A DNA stretch of 48,279 nt from Candidatus Woesearchaeota archaeon (GCA_964604715.1 CAZRZR010000002.1:1-48279), one strand, 5' to 3'; positions 32,938 through 40,663 are shown, numbered from the stretch's first letter. Translations and numbers: made by a program. Notes: a model not told the origin generated them from the letters alone.

Positions 32938-33073
32938 TTTTATCCTCCATAATGAATCTCTTGAGGGCTTCTTCTATAATATGAGACTTATTACGATGTT
33001 TTCCTTTTTTTAGAATTTTTTCTAGTCCTTGATCAGTTATTGGATCTATAGTCGCGGAAATTCTTATTTTCAC
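32930..33073 (-). CDS. ribbon-helix-helix (CopG/Arc-like) DNA-binding protein; small ORF absent from the supplied track
   Basis: My translation (GTG start) is VKIRISATIDPITDQGLEKILKKGKHRNKSHIIEEALKRFIMEDKNE, 47 aa. It shows an N-terminal beta strand (KIRISATID) followed by two helices with the typical S-H-IIEEAL pattern. It is the first gene of the cluster. Confidence 0.6.
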   Translation of the reverse strand: MKIRISATIDPITDQGLEKILKKGKHRNKSHIIEEALKRFIMEDKNE

Positions 33074-33112
33074 ATATTACTTTATAATACTAAGTATTTA
33101 AAAGTTTACAAA

Positions 33113-33138
33113 GTAATAATTAGTAATATATCGTAATA
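33113..33138. repeat. three direct GTAATA repeats phased exactly 10 bp apart (candidate operator)
   Basis: GTAATA occurs at 33113-33118, 33123-33128 and 33133-33138. An inverted copy, TATTAC, sits at 33075-33080 next to the RHH start codon. ACAAAGTA (33109-33116) and TACTTTGT (33136-33143) form an 8-nt inverted repeat around them. Confidence 0.5.
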
Positions 33139-33176
33139 CTTTGTCTTGGCCTCTTGAAAATCTAATTGTTAGAATC

Positions 33177-33905
33177 TTAGTCGCCTTGTTCAACACGAGG
33201 TGCTAAAACAAAAGACAGCAAGACTTTTCCGGTTGGGAAGTTTATCCTCATCGGATGATTGTCGGAAAAGTTTATTTCAACTTTATTTGCAATCTTTGCA
33301 CCCTTTATGAATTTACTGAGATACTCGAGCGAAAAGCGTGCTGTTCCATCGTCTGAATAAATCTCTACTTCATCACTTGAAAACTCTGCACGTGCAGAAT
33401 TAAGTCCGCGTGCTTCAACAATAAACTTATTTGGTTGCGCGATAAAGGTACATGCATCCGACACCACAAGGCAATCTTCAATAACCTCAACAAATGCCTG
33501 CGCATCCATCTTGATAACGCTCTTAAATTCCCATTTAGGCAACTCTCTGTCCTCGCCTTCAACATTAATCAATGCGAGCGTAAAGTCTCTTTTGATTTTG
33601 TCTTGTATAGTCATCTTAAGTAAATGCTCTTCTTTTGATAGAATCAATGAACTGCCTAAGCCGCAGCGCCGTAAAATCGAGCTTAAATTATCTAAATTGA
33701 CTCCTAAAACTTCATCTTTTTCAACTTCAAATTGTGAAAAAAGTTCAGCCGGAATGCTGAAGTATACCATTGCAACATTAGCAGGATCAAGTGCAACAAG
33801 ATGCATGCCTTCCTTAGTTATTTTAAGACGAACTTCTGTTACAAGTTCTGAAATAATGCTGATGAGTGTTGCGAAAAAACGAGGATCATCTAACTTGAGT
33901 AGCAT
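33177..33905 (-). CDS. pcn: DNA polymerase sliding clamp PCNA
   Basis: 242 aa. MLLKLDDPRFFATLISIISELVTEVRLKITKEGMHLVALDPANVAMVYFSIP... shows the two-domain PCNA pattern. It is divergent from the primase gene. Confidence 0.88.
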   Translation of the reverse strand: MLLKLDDPRFFATLISIISELVTEVRLKITKEGMHLVALDPANVAMVYFSIPAELFSQFEVEKDEVLGVNLDNLSSILRRCGLGSSLILSKEEHLLKMTIQDKIKRDFTLALINVEGEDRELPKWEFKSVIKMDAQAFVEVIEDCLVVSDACTFIAQPNKFIVEARGLNSARAEFSSDEVEIYSDDGTARFSLEYLSKFIKGAKIANKVEINFSDNHPMRINFPTGKVLLSFVLAPRVEQGD

Positions 33906-34007
33906 TGAAATCCCTCGCCTCGAATGCTTTTAAGCTTTATTATGCTCCAGTCCCACACTTAGAAACACTATAACAAACCATAAAAATACATCCCATCATA
34001 GATTCTG

Positions 34008-35558
34008 ATGGCAGAAGAGGCGATTTCTACTAATGAGGCACGTATTCGTTCACTTACGAGGCTATACTATTCAAAACCTGCGATTCAGCAAGCCCTCTTA
34101 GATTTCGCCAAGTCGCGTGAAGTAGTTCCCAGATATTTCGAAGGATTTGGCAAGCGACCCGACTTGCTACAATATCCTGCAGATATCCAAGGCCTGGTAC
34201 AACGTGGTGCTACTTCATTTCACAGTTCTCAAGAGCTTTGGAGAGACGTGTTGCAAATTGATGTCGATATGAAATCTTCTCAATTAGACGACTTAAGAGA
34301 AGGATGGGATCTGCTTATTGATATTGACTCGCCCTATCTAGATTACTCAAAGATAGCTGCTCGCCTTGTATGTGAAGTGCTTGAGAGATATGGCATTACA
34401 AGTTTTGGGATTAAATTCTCTGGAAGTAAGGGCTTTCATATCATTGTTCCATGTGCGGCTTTTCCAGTTATATTTGAAGGCAAGGAAACGCGCCGTATGT
34501 TTCCCGAGTGGCCAAGGGCAATAACTCAGTATATTTTGCAAGAAATAAAAAATTCCTATAATCGAGAAATAACCCAGTTAGGCGTAGACTTTAGTGCGTT
34601 AGAAAGGCGTACTAAGATGAAAAAAGAAGATATTGTAGAAACTCGTTGCCCGACCTGCGGAAATGCTACTAGGAAAAGCCTCATTGTGTTTTTTGAATGC
34701 CCTCGTTGTCACACTCCATTTGTCAGACCAGACGTTAAACCTAGTGCAAGAAAACTGAAGTGCACAAATAGTCTCTGCTCAGGTTTCTTCGAGATTAAAG
34801 AGCAGAAAGACTATTTTGTATGTGATCACTGTAAACATAACTCTTTTGACAAACGCAATGAGTCGTTCTCTGAAGAATTCGTAGAAGAACTTGCAGGAGA
34901 TAAGCTCGGTTCGCTAGACTTGGTTTTAGTATCTTCACGTCATCTATTCAGAATGCCTTATTCACTTCATGAAAAAACTTCTCTTTCAAGTGCTGTCTTA
35001 ATGAAATCTGAGTTAGCCAATTTTTCCCCAAAGGATGCTGATCCTCTGAAAGTAGTTGTTCGCCCATATTATCCTGTTGCTCGCCCAGGAGAAGCTATTT
35101 TTCTTCTTGAACGAGCACTACAAGAGAAAAAATCTCAGGAACTGGTCGAAGAGAAAAAGCACCAGTCATATAAGGAATTCGAAAAAGTTAATCTTTCAGG
35201 AGTAACTGACGAAATGTTTCCAGCACCAATTAAGAAATTGCTTAAGGGATTATCTGAGGGTAGAAAAAGAGGACTATTCATCCTTATCACTTTTCTCAAA
35301 TCTCTCGATTTCTCTCCAGAATCAATTACGTCTCGTATCTACGAGTGGAATAAAAAGAACGAACCTGCATTAAAAGAAGGATACGTAAAAAGCCAGTTAG
35401 AATGGCATTTACGACAAGCGAAAAAAATCCTTCCTCCTAATTATGATAATGCGAGTTTTTACAAGGATTTGAATTTGCTCGACAAACCTCCAACAGTTAA
35501 GAACCCTATTGTGGAAGTAATGCGACTTCTTCGTAAAAAGAATGCTCAATCTTTATAA
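34008..35558 (+). CDS. priS: DNA primase catalytic subunit PriS with Zn-ribbon insert and C-terminal PriL-CTD-like helical domain
   Basis: AEP motifs are WDLLIDIDSP (DxD), IKFSGSKGFHIIVP (sGxGyH) and SSRHLFRMPYSLHEKTSL (motif III). The insert carries CPTCG...CPRCH and C-x4-C...CDHCKH. The C-terminal ~130 aa are FPAPIKKLLKGLSEGRKRGLFILITFLKSLDFSPESI...ILPPNYD. Confidence 0.85.
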   Translation: MAEEAISTNEARIRSLTRLYYSKPAIQQALLDFAKSREVVPRYFEGFGKRPDLLQYPADIQGLVQRGATSFHSSQELWRDVLQIDVDMKSSQLDDLREGWDLLIDIDSPYLDYSKIAARLVCEVLERYGITSFGIKFSGSKGFHIIVPCAAFPVIFEGKETRRMFPEWPRAITQYILQEIKNSYNREITQLGVDFSALERRTKMKKEDIVETRCPTCGNATRKSLIVFFECPRCHTPFVRPDVKPSARKLKCTNSLCSGFFEIKEQKDYFVCDHCKHNSFDKRNESFSEEFVEELAGDKLGSLDLVLVSSRHLFRMPYSLHEKTSLSSAVLMKSELANFSPKDADPLKVVVRPYYPVARPGEAIFLLERALQEKKSQELVEEKKHQSYKEFEKVNLSGVTDEMFPAPIKKLLKGLSEGRKRGLFILITFLKSLDFSPESITSRIYEWNKKNEPALKEGYVKSQLEWHLRQAKKILPPNYDNASFYKDLNLLDKPPTVKNPIVEVMRLLRKKNAQSL

Positions 35559-35560
35559 AT
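35551..35560 (+). promoter_or_regulatory. TATA box of 35581 gene, embedded in the last primase codons
   Basis: CTTTATAAAT contains the primase TAA stop. Its centre is about 26 nt upstream of the ATG at 35581. Confidence 0.4.
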
Positions 35561-35580
35561 GCGTATCTCGTATGAATTCC

Positions 35581-37413
35581 ATGAACAAAATTGGTGTGTT
35601 GTCTATAGTTCTCTTGCTTTTTACTTGTTCATTAGTTTCTGCAGCCCTAAACGACTCGGATAGTTCGTTAATAGACAAAGCATATACTTGTCTTGAAAAC
35701 TCAATTAACAACAAAACAACGTCCTCCCCACCTTCCCTACAGGAATCTATTTTCACTATTCTCGCGCTCGGCTCCAATAAAAAAGCAGAAGAAAAAATTG
35801 AAAACGAAAAGAGAACTAATACGAATAACAGCATTTGTTGGCCAAAAGCTGCCTGTTCTCTAAAAGATACTGCCCAGGCTTTGCTTGCATATGATCAACT
35901 CGGCAAAGACACCACATCGATAGAGAATTATCTCACTTCCAAAACTGGCCCAACAACAGGTCTCGCATGGTACTTACTTATCGATATCGACAATCACGAA
36001 CCTGCATCTTGTACGATAAAATCTAGCAACACACAGAGCACAATCACCATAGGATCAGATATGAAGCTTTCAGGTAGCGTAGGGGGCACTTGCTTATCCA
36101 TTACTCCAGAAGGATATTGGCTCGAAATATCTAATTCTTGCCTTGACAAATCTTACGAAGTTTCATGTAACAATGATTTCATTACCACGATACTCTACAA
36201 AAAATCCGGATCAGACACGCTTTTTGTTTCACCCAACACACATTCGGCAAGCAGTTCAGGATACACCAATGAATCGATAAAATCTCGATGCTTTAAACTA
36301 AACGCAGATTGCGACTACGAATCAAGTTTATGGGCCACGCTAGCTCTTGACAAGGCAGGAAAAGATATTTCTGTCTACGTTCCCTATCTCGTTGCGACAC
36401 AACCAGACAATGAACAATTCTTGCCTGCAAGTTTCCTCTATAAGCTTACCAACGGACAGGATCATTATAACGATCTTATTCAAGCCCAGAAGTCTAGCCA
36501 ATATTGGCAGGCTCCTACAACTCATTACAATAAATTCTATGACACTGCTCTTGCGCTTCTGGCTCTCCAAGGTAAAGACTCTGTAGAGGCCTCAAAATCA
36601 AAAGATTACTTACTGAGTGTGCAAGGTTCGAGCGGATGTTGGAATAATAATAATCTAAGGGATACTGCTTTCTTGCTTTATGCGGGTTGGCCTGATGCTT
36701 CTCGCACACCTTCACAAGGTTCTGGCAACGGCACAGTAAACATAGAAAATTGTGAGTCTGCAAGCCTTCAATATTCATGTGTTTCTTCGCTTCTCGCTTG
36801 TGCTGATGCGGGCGGAGACAGCCTGAGGAACTACGTTTGCCCTGGTTCATTAAAATGCTGTTCGGTAATAATTCCTCAATTAACCTGTGCAGAACAAAAT
36901 GGAAATGTTTGTTCAGATACTGAAGTTTGTTCCGGTACCGAAGCAGATTCTTCAGATGGCTCCTGTTGTTTAGGTCAATGTAAGCCAGTTGCACAAGAAT
37001 CTAATCAGTGTGAAGCAGTAGGCGGCACATGCCAGTCGTCGTGTGATTCTGATACTGAAGATGAGCTATCCGAAATTTGTCCATCCTCGGGCGATTTATG
37101 TTGTTCTGTTAAATCTGATCCATCTTCTAACTCCAGCAGCTCAAGCGGTATATGGATTACCTTATTGGTAATTTTGATAATCCTTGTGGTCCTTGCAATA
37201 GTCTTCAGAAATAGAATAAAGCTGTGGCTTTTCAAATCAAAGAAGGCATCAGGAGTATCGTCCTCGCCTATGACTATTAGAAGACCTCCTTTCCCTCCAA
37301 GTTCTTCCTCTCCTCAAAGGTACGTTCAACGACCTATGCCTGCTAGAAAGCCTTCTCAACCTGATAAGGAAATGGAAGAAACGTTACGTAAGTTGAAAGA
37401 GATGACTAAGTAA
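35581..37413 (+). CDS. surface protein: alpha/alpha-toroid-like repeats + three Cys-knot modules + TM + Pro/Ser-rich cytoplasmic tail
   Basis: Signal peptide MNKIGVLSIVLLLFTCSLVSA. Recurrent helical-hairpin motifs are ESIFTILALGS, DTAQALLAYDQLGK, SLWATLALDKAGKD, YDTALALLALQGKDS and LRDTAFLLYAGWP, like prenyltransferase/terpene-cyclase repeats. Cys modules occupy 36750-37115. The TM is IWITLLVILIILVVLAIVF. Confidence 0.75.
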   Translation: MNKIGVLSIVLLLFTCSLVSAALNDSDSSLIDKAYTCLENSINNKTTSSPPSLQESIFTILALGSNKKAEEKIENEKRTNTNNSICWPKAACSLKDTAQALLAYDQLGKDTTSIENYLTSKTGPTTGLAWYLLIDIDNHEPASCTIKSSNTQSTITIGSDMKLSGSVGGTCLSITPEGYWLEISNSCLDKSYEVSCNNDFITTILYKKSGSDTLFVSPNTHSASSSGYTNESIKSRCFKLNADCDYESSLWATLALDKAGKDISVYVPYLVATQPDNEQFLPASFLYKLTNGQDHYNDLIQAQKSSQYWQAPTTHYNKFYDTALALLALQGKDSVEASKSKDYLLSVQGSSGCWNNNNLRDTAFLLYAGWPDASRTPSQGSGNGTVNIENCESASLQYSCVSSLLACADAGGDSLRNYVCPGSLKCCSVIIPQLTCAEQNGNVCSDTEVCSGTEADSSDGSCCLGQCKPVAQESNQCEAVGGTCQSSCDSDTEDELSEICPSSGDLCCSVKSDPSSNSSSSSGIWITLLVILIILVVLAIVFRNRIKLWLFKSKKASGVSSSPMTIRRPPFPPSSSSPQRYVQRPMPARKPSQPDKEMEETLRKLKEMTK

Positions 37414-37423
37414 TTGTGACAAT

Positions 37424-37433
37424 CTTTATATAA
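37424..37433 (+). promoter_or_regulatory. TATA box of 37454 gene
   Basis: CTTTATATAA is centred about 26 nt upstream of the ATG at 37454. Confidence 0.45.
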
Positions 37434-37453
37434 TAATCTTCTCTAGGGTTTCT

Positions 37454-38656
37454 ATGAAAAAGTTTAGTCTTATTTTATTTTTAATGATTCTATTGCCGCT
37501 TACATCGGGGTTAAGTTCAGATCTTCATACAACTTATCAACCTGCCGAAACAATGCTAGTTGAGTTACAAGGATCTATTTTAGAAGGAATTCCAAAAGAA
37601 AATGTTTTCTTTCTGAGAGGTCATGTTCAAACAGTAGTTGAGTATGACTTAAAAAAATTAGGGAACCGTTATTTCTTATATGCCGTTGCACCTTTAGCTG
37701 AAAATAACTTCACTTTAGAAATAAAAAACGTTCATACTACTATCAACGGTCAGCCAAAGGTGATTGATTATGTTCAAAATTTCTCAGTAATTGGTACAAT
37801 TGCCCCATATACTCTCAAACCTTCTTTTGTTCTGACTCCCTCAGATTTCACTGTTATGATAATTTCTAATAAAGACGAGCAACAAGAAATTTCAATTGGC
37901 AATGCAAACGAAACTCAGCAAACTATCAACCCTGGTGAAAATCAAATTTCCTTTTCAATAGATCAATTTAACCAAGGGCTAACTATCTTGCCAGTTGGGA
38001 TGTATGAATTAGCAGTATATAATCAGAAAGCAGTTCAAGTAGCCGAATCGCGTCATCTGAGATTAACTCCTGGATATATCGAAGAAAGATTTTTTTATGG
38101 GGGAGAACGAATTATCTCGTTTAGTATTGCAAATATTGGTCAAACAGATTTATCGGATATAACGCTTGATTATAATGTTACTCGCTATAAAATAACGCCT
38201 GAAAAGATTACCAAGTTACGCGTTAATGAAACTGCCATATTTAATCTAACACTGATAAGTAAAAATGCTTCTATTGATGACCTATTAAGAATTAGTTCAT
38301 CCAACGAAACCTTAGATATGCCTATCAGAATAAGTTATAGCTCTAATCTTACTTCAACCAACACCAGTTCTTCTAATGTAAGCGCCCCTGCAACAGGTTA
38401 CTATTGCAGAGAATTAAGCGGAACTCTATGTCAAGCAGCCGAAGTCTGTTCAGGACAAACGCGAGATTCTCTTGATGGCAATTGTTGTATTGGAACGTGC
38501 ACAGCACAAAAAGCAACGAGCTACGCATGGATAGGATATCTTTTAGGAGCCCTTATCTTAGTGCTTATTGTAATAATTGGCGGGCGTTATCTCAAATCTA
38601 AGTCCAGCGGAAATATCTTTCAGAAACGAGTTGCTCAAGTGGAGCGAAAAATTTAG
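37454..38656 (+). CDS. surface protein with beta-sandwich domains, one Cys-knot module and C-terminal TM
   Basis: Signal peptide MKKFSLILFLMILLPLTSG. A CARDB-like segment FSIANIGQTDLSDITLDYN...AIFNLTLIS. The Cys module is YCRELSGTLCQAAEVCSGQTRDSLDGNCCIGTC, and the TM is YAWIGYLLGALILVLIVIIGG. Confidence 0.75.
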   Translation: MKKFSLILFLMILLPLTSGLSSDLHTTYQPAETMLVELQGSILEGIPKENVFFLRGHVQTVVEYDLKKLGNRYFLYAVAPLAENNFTLEIKNVHTTINGQPKVIDYVQNFSVIGTIAPYTLKPSFVLTPSDFTVMIISNKDEQQEISIGNANETQQTINPGENQISFSIDQFNQGLTILPVGMYELAVYNQKAVQVAESRHLRLTPGYIEERFFYGGERIISFSIANIGQTDLSDITLDYNVTRYKITPEKITKLRVNETAIFNLTLISKNASIDDLLRISSSNETLDMPIRISYSSNLTSTNTSSSNVSAPATGYYCRELSGTLCQAAEVCSGQTRDSLDGNCCIGTCTAQKATSYAWIGYLLGALILVLIVIIGGRYLKSKSSGNIFQKRVAQVERKI

Positions 38657-39138
38657 TTCTTCTTTTTCTTCTTTTTAGTAGTTTTTGCCTTAGCTTTTTT
38701 TACCTGTGATTGTTCAGGTTGAATCGGCACATGCGCTTCTTTTAGCCTGTTAAGAAGAATGTCTCTTTCGCCGAGAAGTCTCTTCGTTATCGATTCATAC
38801 ATGTGTAGTTTTGCAATTATTGCATTTCCCACAGAGCCCAATTCCTCGCTACTAAGCTTAAAGTTAGGGGGCGAAATAACATCTACGTTTGAAGGCATAT
38901 ACGCAAATATAACTCCTAGAAACATTTCAATGGAATCAAACTTCGCTTCCATTTCAGCGAAAGTAGTGAAAAGATTAGTAGACTTCTCAACTGGTCTAGG
39001 TTCATGAACCTTATGTGTGGTGATATGAACTCCTTTTTCACTACCTATCTTTTCAATGAGGTTCTGCATAGTTAACTTGATGTGCTCTGCAGGGCGGCCC
39101 ATTATTTCAATAATAAATCGTGCTTCAATAGCTTCCAT
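38653..39138 (-). CDS. hypothetical cytoplasmic protein with poly-Lys tail
   Basis: The ORF starts MEAIEARFIIEIMGRPAEHIKL... and ends KKAKAKTTKKKKKKN. The ATG at 39138 lies 26 nt from a TTAAAAAA box, so it is preferred to 39147. No family recognised. Confidence 0.55.
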   Translation of the reverse strand: MEAIEARFIIEIMGRPAEHIKLTMQNLIEKIGSEKGVHITTHKVHEPRPVEKSTNLFTTFAEMEAKFDSIEMFLGVIFAYMPSNVDVISPPNFKLSSEELGSVGNAIIAKLHMYESITKRLLGERDILLNRLKEAHVPIQPEQSQVKKAKAKTTKKKKKKN

Positions 39139-39174
39139 TTCACACATAATAAAATGGCCTTTAAAAAACTACCT

Positions 39175-40002
39175 TCAGACTTTCCTTAAGGATAATAATA
39201 TGATCAGCAAGACGCAAAATCCGGCAAAAGCATAAATCACTGTTTGTTGTACAATGCCTTCTCGAGATATGATTGGTTTTTCGTATTTTGCAGAGCCAGA
39301 AACTTCATTGAGGACGATCTTCGCTTTCTTCGAATTATGTGTGCCAGAGTTTGATTTACTGCTCAATGCAGCACTATCTGTTTCTTGATGGGCGGACGAA
39401 GTAACTACAAGGTCATCTATGTTTTCATCTTGATTTTGGTCCTCTTCGGAACTATCTGTGCTCGTACTATTCCCTTCGTCATTGCTCGAAGAGTCATCTG
39501 ATTCATTATTATCTGTTTCATCGTCCTGATCGTCTCCGTCATCTTGCTCACACGCGTTTTCTTCGCCCTTAGTGGATACAATAAAAACCCATTCGCTAGA
39601 GCATTTGCTCCATGCAAACCCTTTCTTCTCCTTTTCTTCTTCTAACCACGCTGTCTTGTCAATCTCTTCATCTTTCCACAATGCGATACTATCATTTTTA
39701 TTAGTAATCCATCCACTGGAAGTAGTATTGATAGTTACAGTGAGGTATCCAGAAAACTCTCCGCTTAGGTTGTAATGTTTATTTGCCTTATTCGTCAGAT
39801 AATATCCATCAAGATTTATAGTAGTTTCAGAATAAAGCTCAACCCATTCGTTCCCAGTATCATCTCCATCAGGGTTTTGTTCAACCTCGCTTATCTGAAG
39901 GGCAGTACTTGTTTGAGCTACCAAGGCACTAATAGCCATAACTGCTGTAAAAAACAAGATTGCTCGAAGAGTCGCGGATAAAGAGAGAGTCCTTGTCGTC
40001 AT
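39175..40002 (-). CDS. lamin-tail-domain (LTD) surface protein with acidic low-complexity region and C-terminal TM
   Basis: Signal MTTRTLSLSATLRAILFFTAVMAISALVAQ and LTD signature LQISEVEQNPDGDDTGNEWVELYS. There is a D/E/S/N-rich stretch. The C-terminus is VIYAFAGFCVLLIILLSLRKV. The start is uncertain: 40002 overlaps the nuclease gene by 74 nt, and 39939 is the alternative. Confidence 0.65.
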   Translation of the reverse strand: MTTRTLSLSATLRAILFFTAVMAISALVAQTSTALQISEVEQNPDGDDTGNEWVELYSETTINLDGYYLTNKANKHYNLSGEFSGYLTVTINTTSSGWITNKNDSIALWKDEEIDKTAWLEEEKEKKGFAWSKCSSEWVFIVSTKGEENACEQDDGDDQDDETDNNESDDSSSNDEGNSTSTDSSEEDQNQDENIDDLVVTSSAHQETDSAALSSKSNSGTHNSKKAKIVLNEVSGSAKYEKPIISREGIVQQTVIYAFAGFCVLLIILLSLRKV

Positions 40003-40663
40003 TCCAGACGTTTCCTTTATTCCAATATAGTTTGTTTTCAGTGTCCTTTCCTTCAGAGGAGTATAAGGTGAATTCGCGTGCATTGATGTCTGAGAATTTG
40101 TACTTCTTGGTACTCTCGTCCTGAAGCGTCCAATGTGCAAGGCTAACATCACACTCCCTTGTTAATATCACGTATTCGTCCTTTTTATTAATTTCTGCCC
40201 TGAGGCATTCATAATATTGAGAACGTTTCCATATGCCTCGTTCATTAATCCGAGCATCTTCTTGCGCTTGTTTGAACTCAGTCAATTCCTTTTCATTCAC
40301 TAAAAACATTCGCGCATTGCCTTGCCTAACCTGTTCAAGATTCACATAATCTGGAGAATATACGCGGGCAAGCAGCCTACCATATTTTTCTGTTCCAGTT
40401 ATTTCTAGCTCTACAGTTTTATTTTCCAACGCACTGAGAAATTGTTTAGCTTCCTGAGAGCCTTTTTCAGTTTTCTCAGGAGTGTTTATATTCAAAAGCC
40501 TAATGTGTCTTCCGTCTTTTAGTTCTAATGTGTCCCCATCAATAGCTCGAGCAACAATTGCTTTCTCTCTTGTCCCGTGTGTAAATTCATTAAAAAATAA
40601 ATAATTTCCTACGAGTACTATAAGAATAGATAAAGTCAAGAATAAGGCTGCCTTTTTCTTCAC
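39929..40663 (-). CDS. secreted/anchored staphylococcal-nuclease-like thermonuclease fused to a lamin-tail domain
   Basis: N-terminal TM KKAALFLTLSILIVLVGNY. The SNase core is AIDGDTLELKDGRHIRLLNINTPEK...GRLLARVY...VNLEQVRQGNA. The C-terminal LTD-like segment is EYVILTRECDVSLAHWTLQDES...FIRDSSSNLV. GTG start. Confidence 0.8.
   Translation of the reverse strand: MKKKAALFLTLSILIVLVGNYLFFNEFTHGTREKAIVARAIDGDTLELKDGRHIRLLNINTPEKTEKGSQEAKQFLSALENKTVELEITGTEKYGRLLARVYSPDYVNLEQVRQGNARMFLVNEKELTEFKQAQEDARINERGIWKRSQYYECLRAEINKKDEYVILTRECDVSLAHWTLQDESTKKYKFSDINAREFTLYSSEGKDTENKLYWNKGNVWNDDKDSLFIRDSSSNLVFYSSYGY

Noticed and set aside
19376-33073. Calling the cluster a complete type IV pilus or archaellum locus.
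   Set aside because: The window has no FlaI/PilB-type ATPase (no Walker A-containing large ORF), no FlaJ/PilC polytopic platform protein and no prepilin peptidase. Only the substrates-like proteins are present.
33365-33933. ORFs inside or antisense to PCNA: 33365..33565, 33435..33623 and 33511..33933.
   Set aside because: PCNA identity is clear on the minus strand, so these are shadow ORFs.
36340-37235. Antisense and alternative-frame ORFs 36515..36994 (159 aa), 36340..36570, 36347..36586 and 37005..37235.
   Set aside because: They overlap the well-supported 35581..37413 surface protein. Their composition is unusual (His/Leu/Asn/Cys-rich), and they have no promoter or SD.
40003-40152. N-terminal 50 codons of ORF 39175..40152.
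   Set aside because: They lie entirely inside the SNase-LTD gene. The sequence is Arg/Thr/Ser-rich and not protein-like. A good signal peptide begins at the internal Met (40002).
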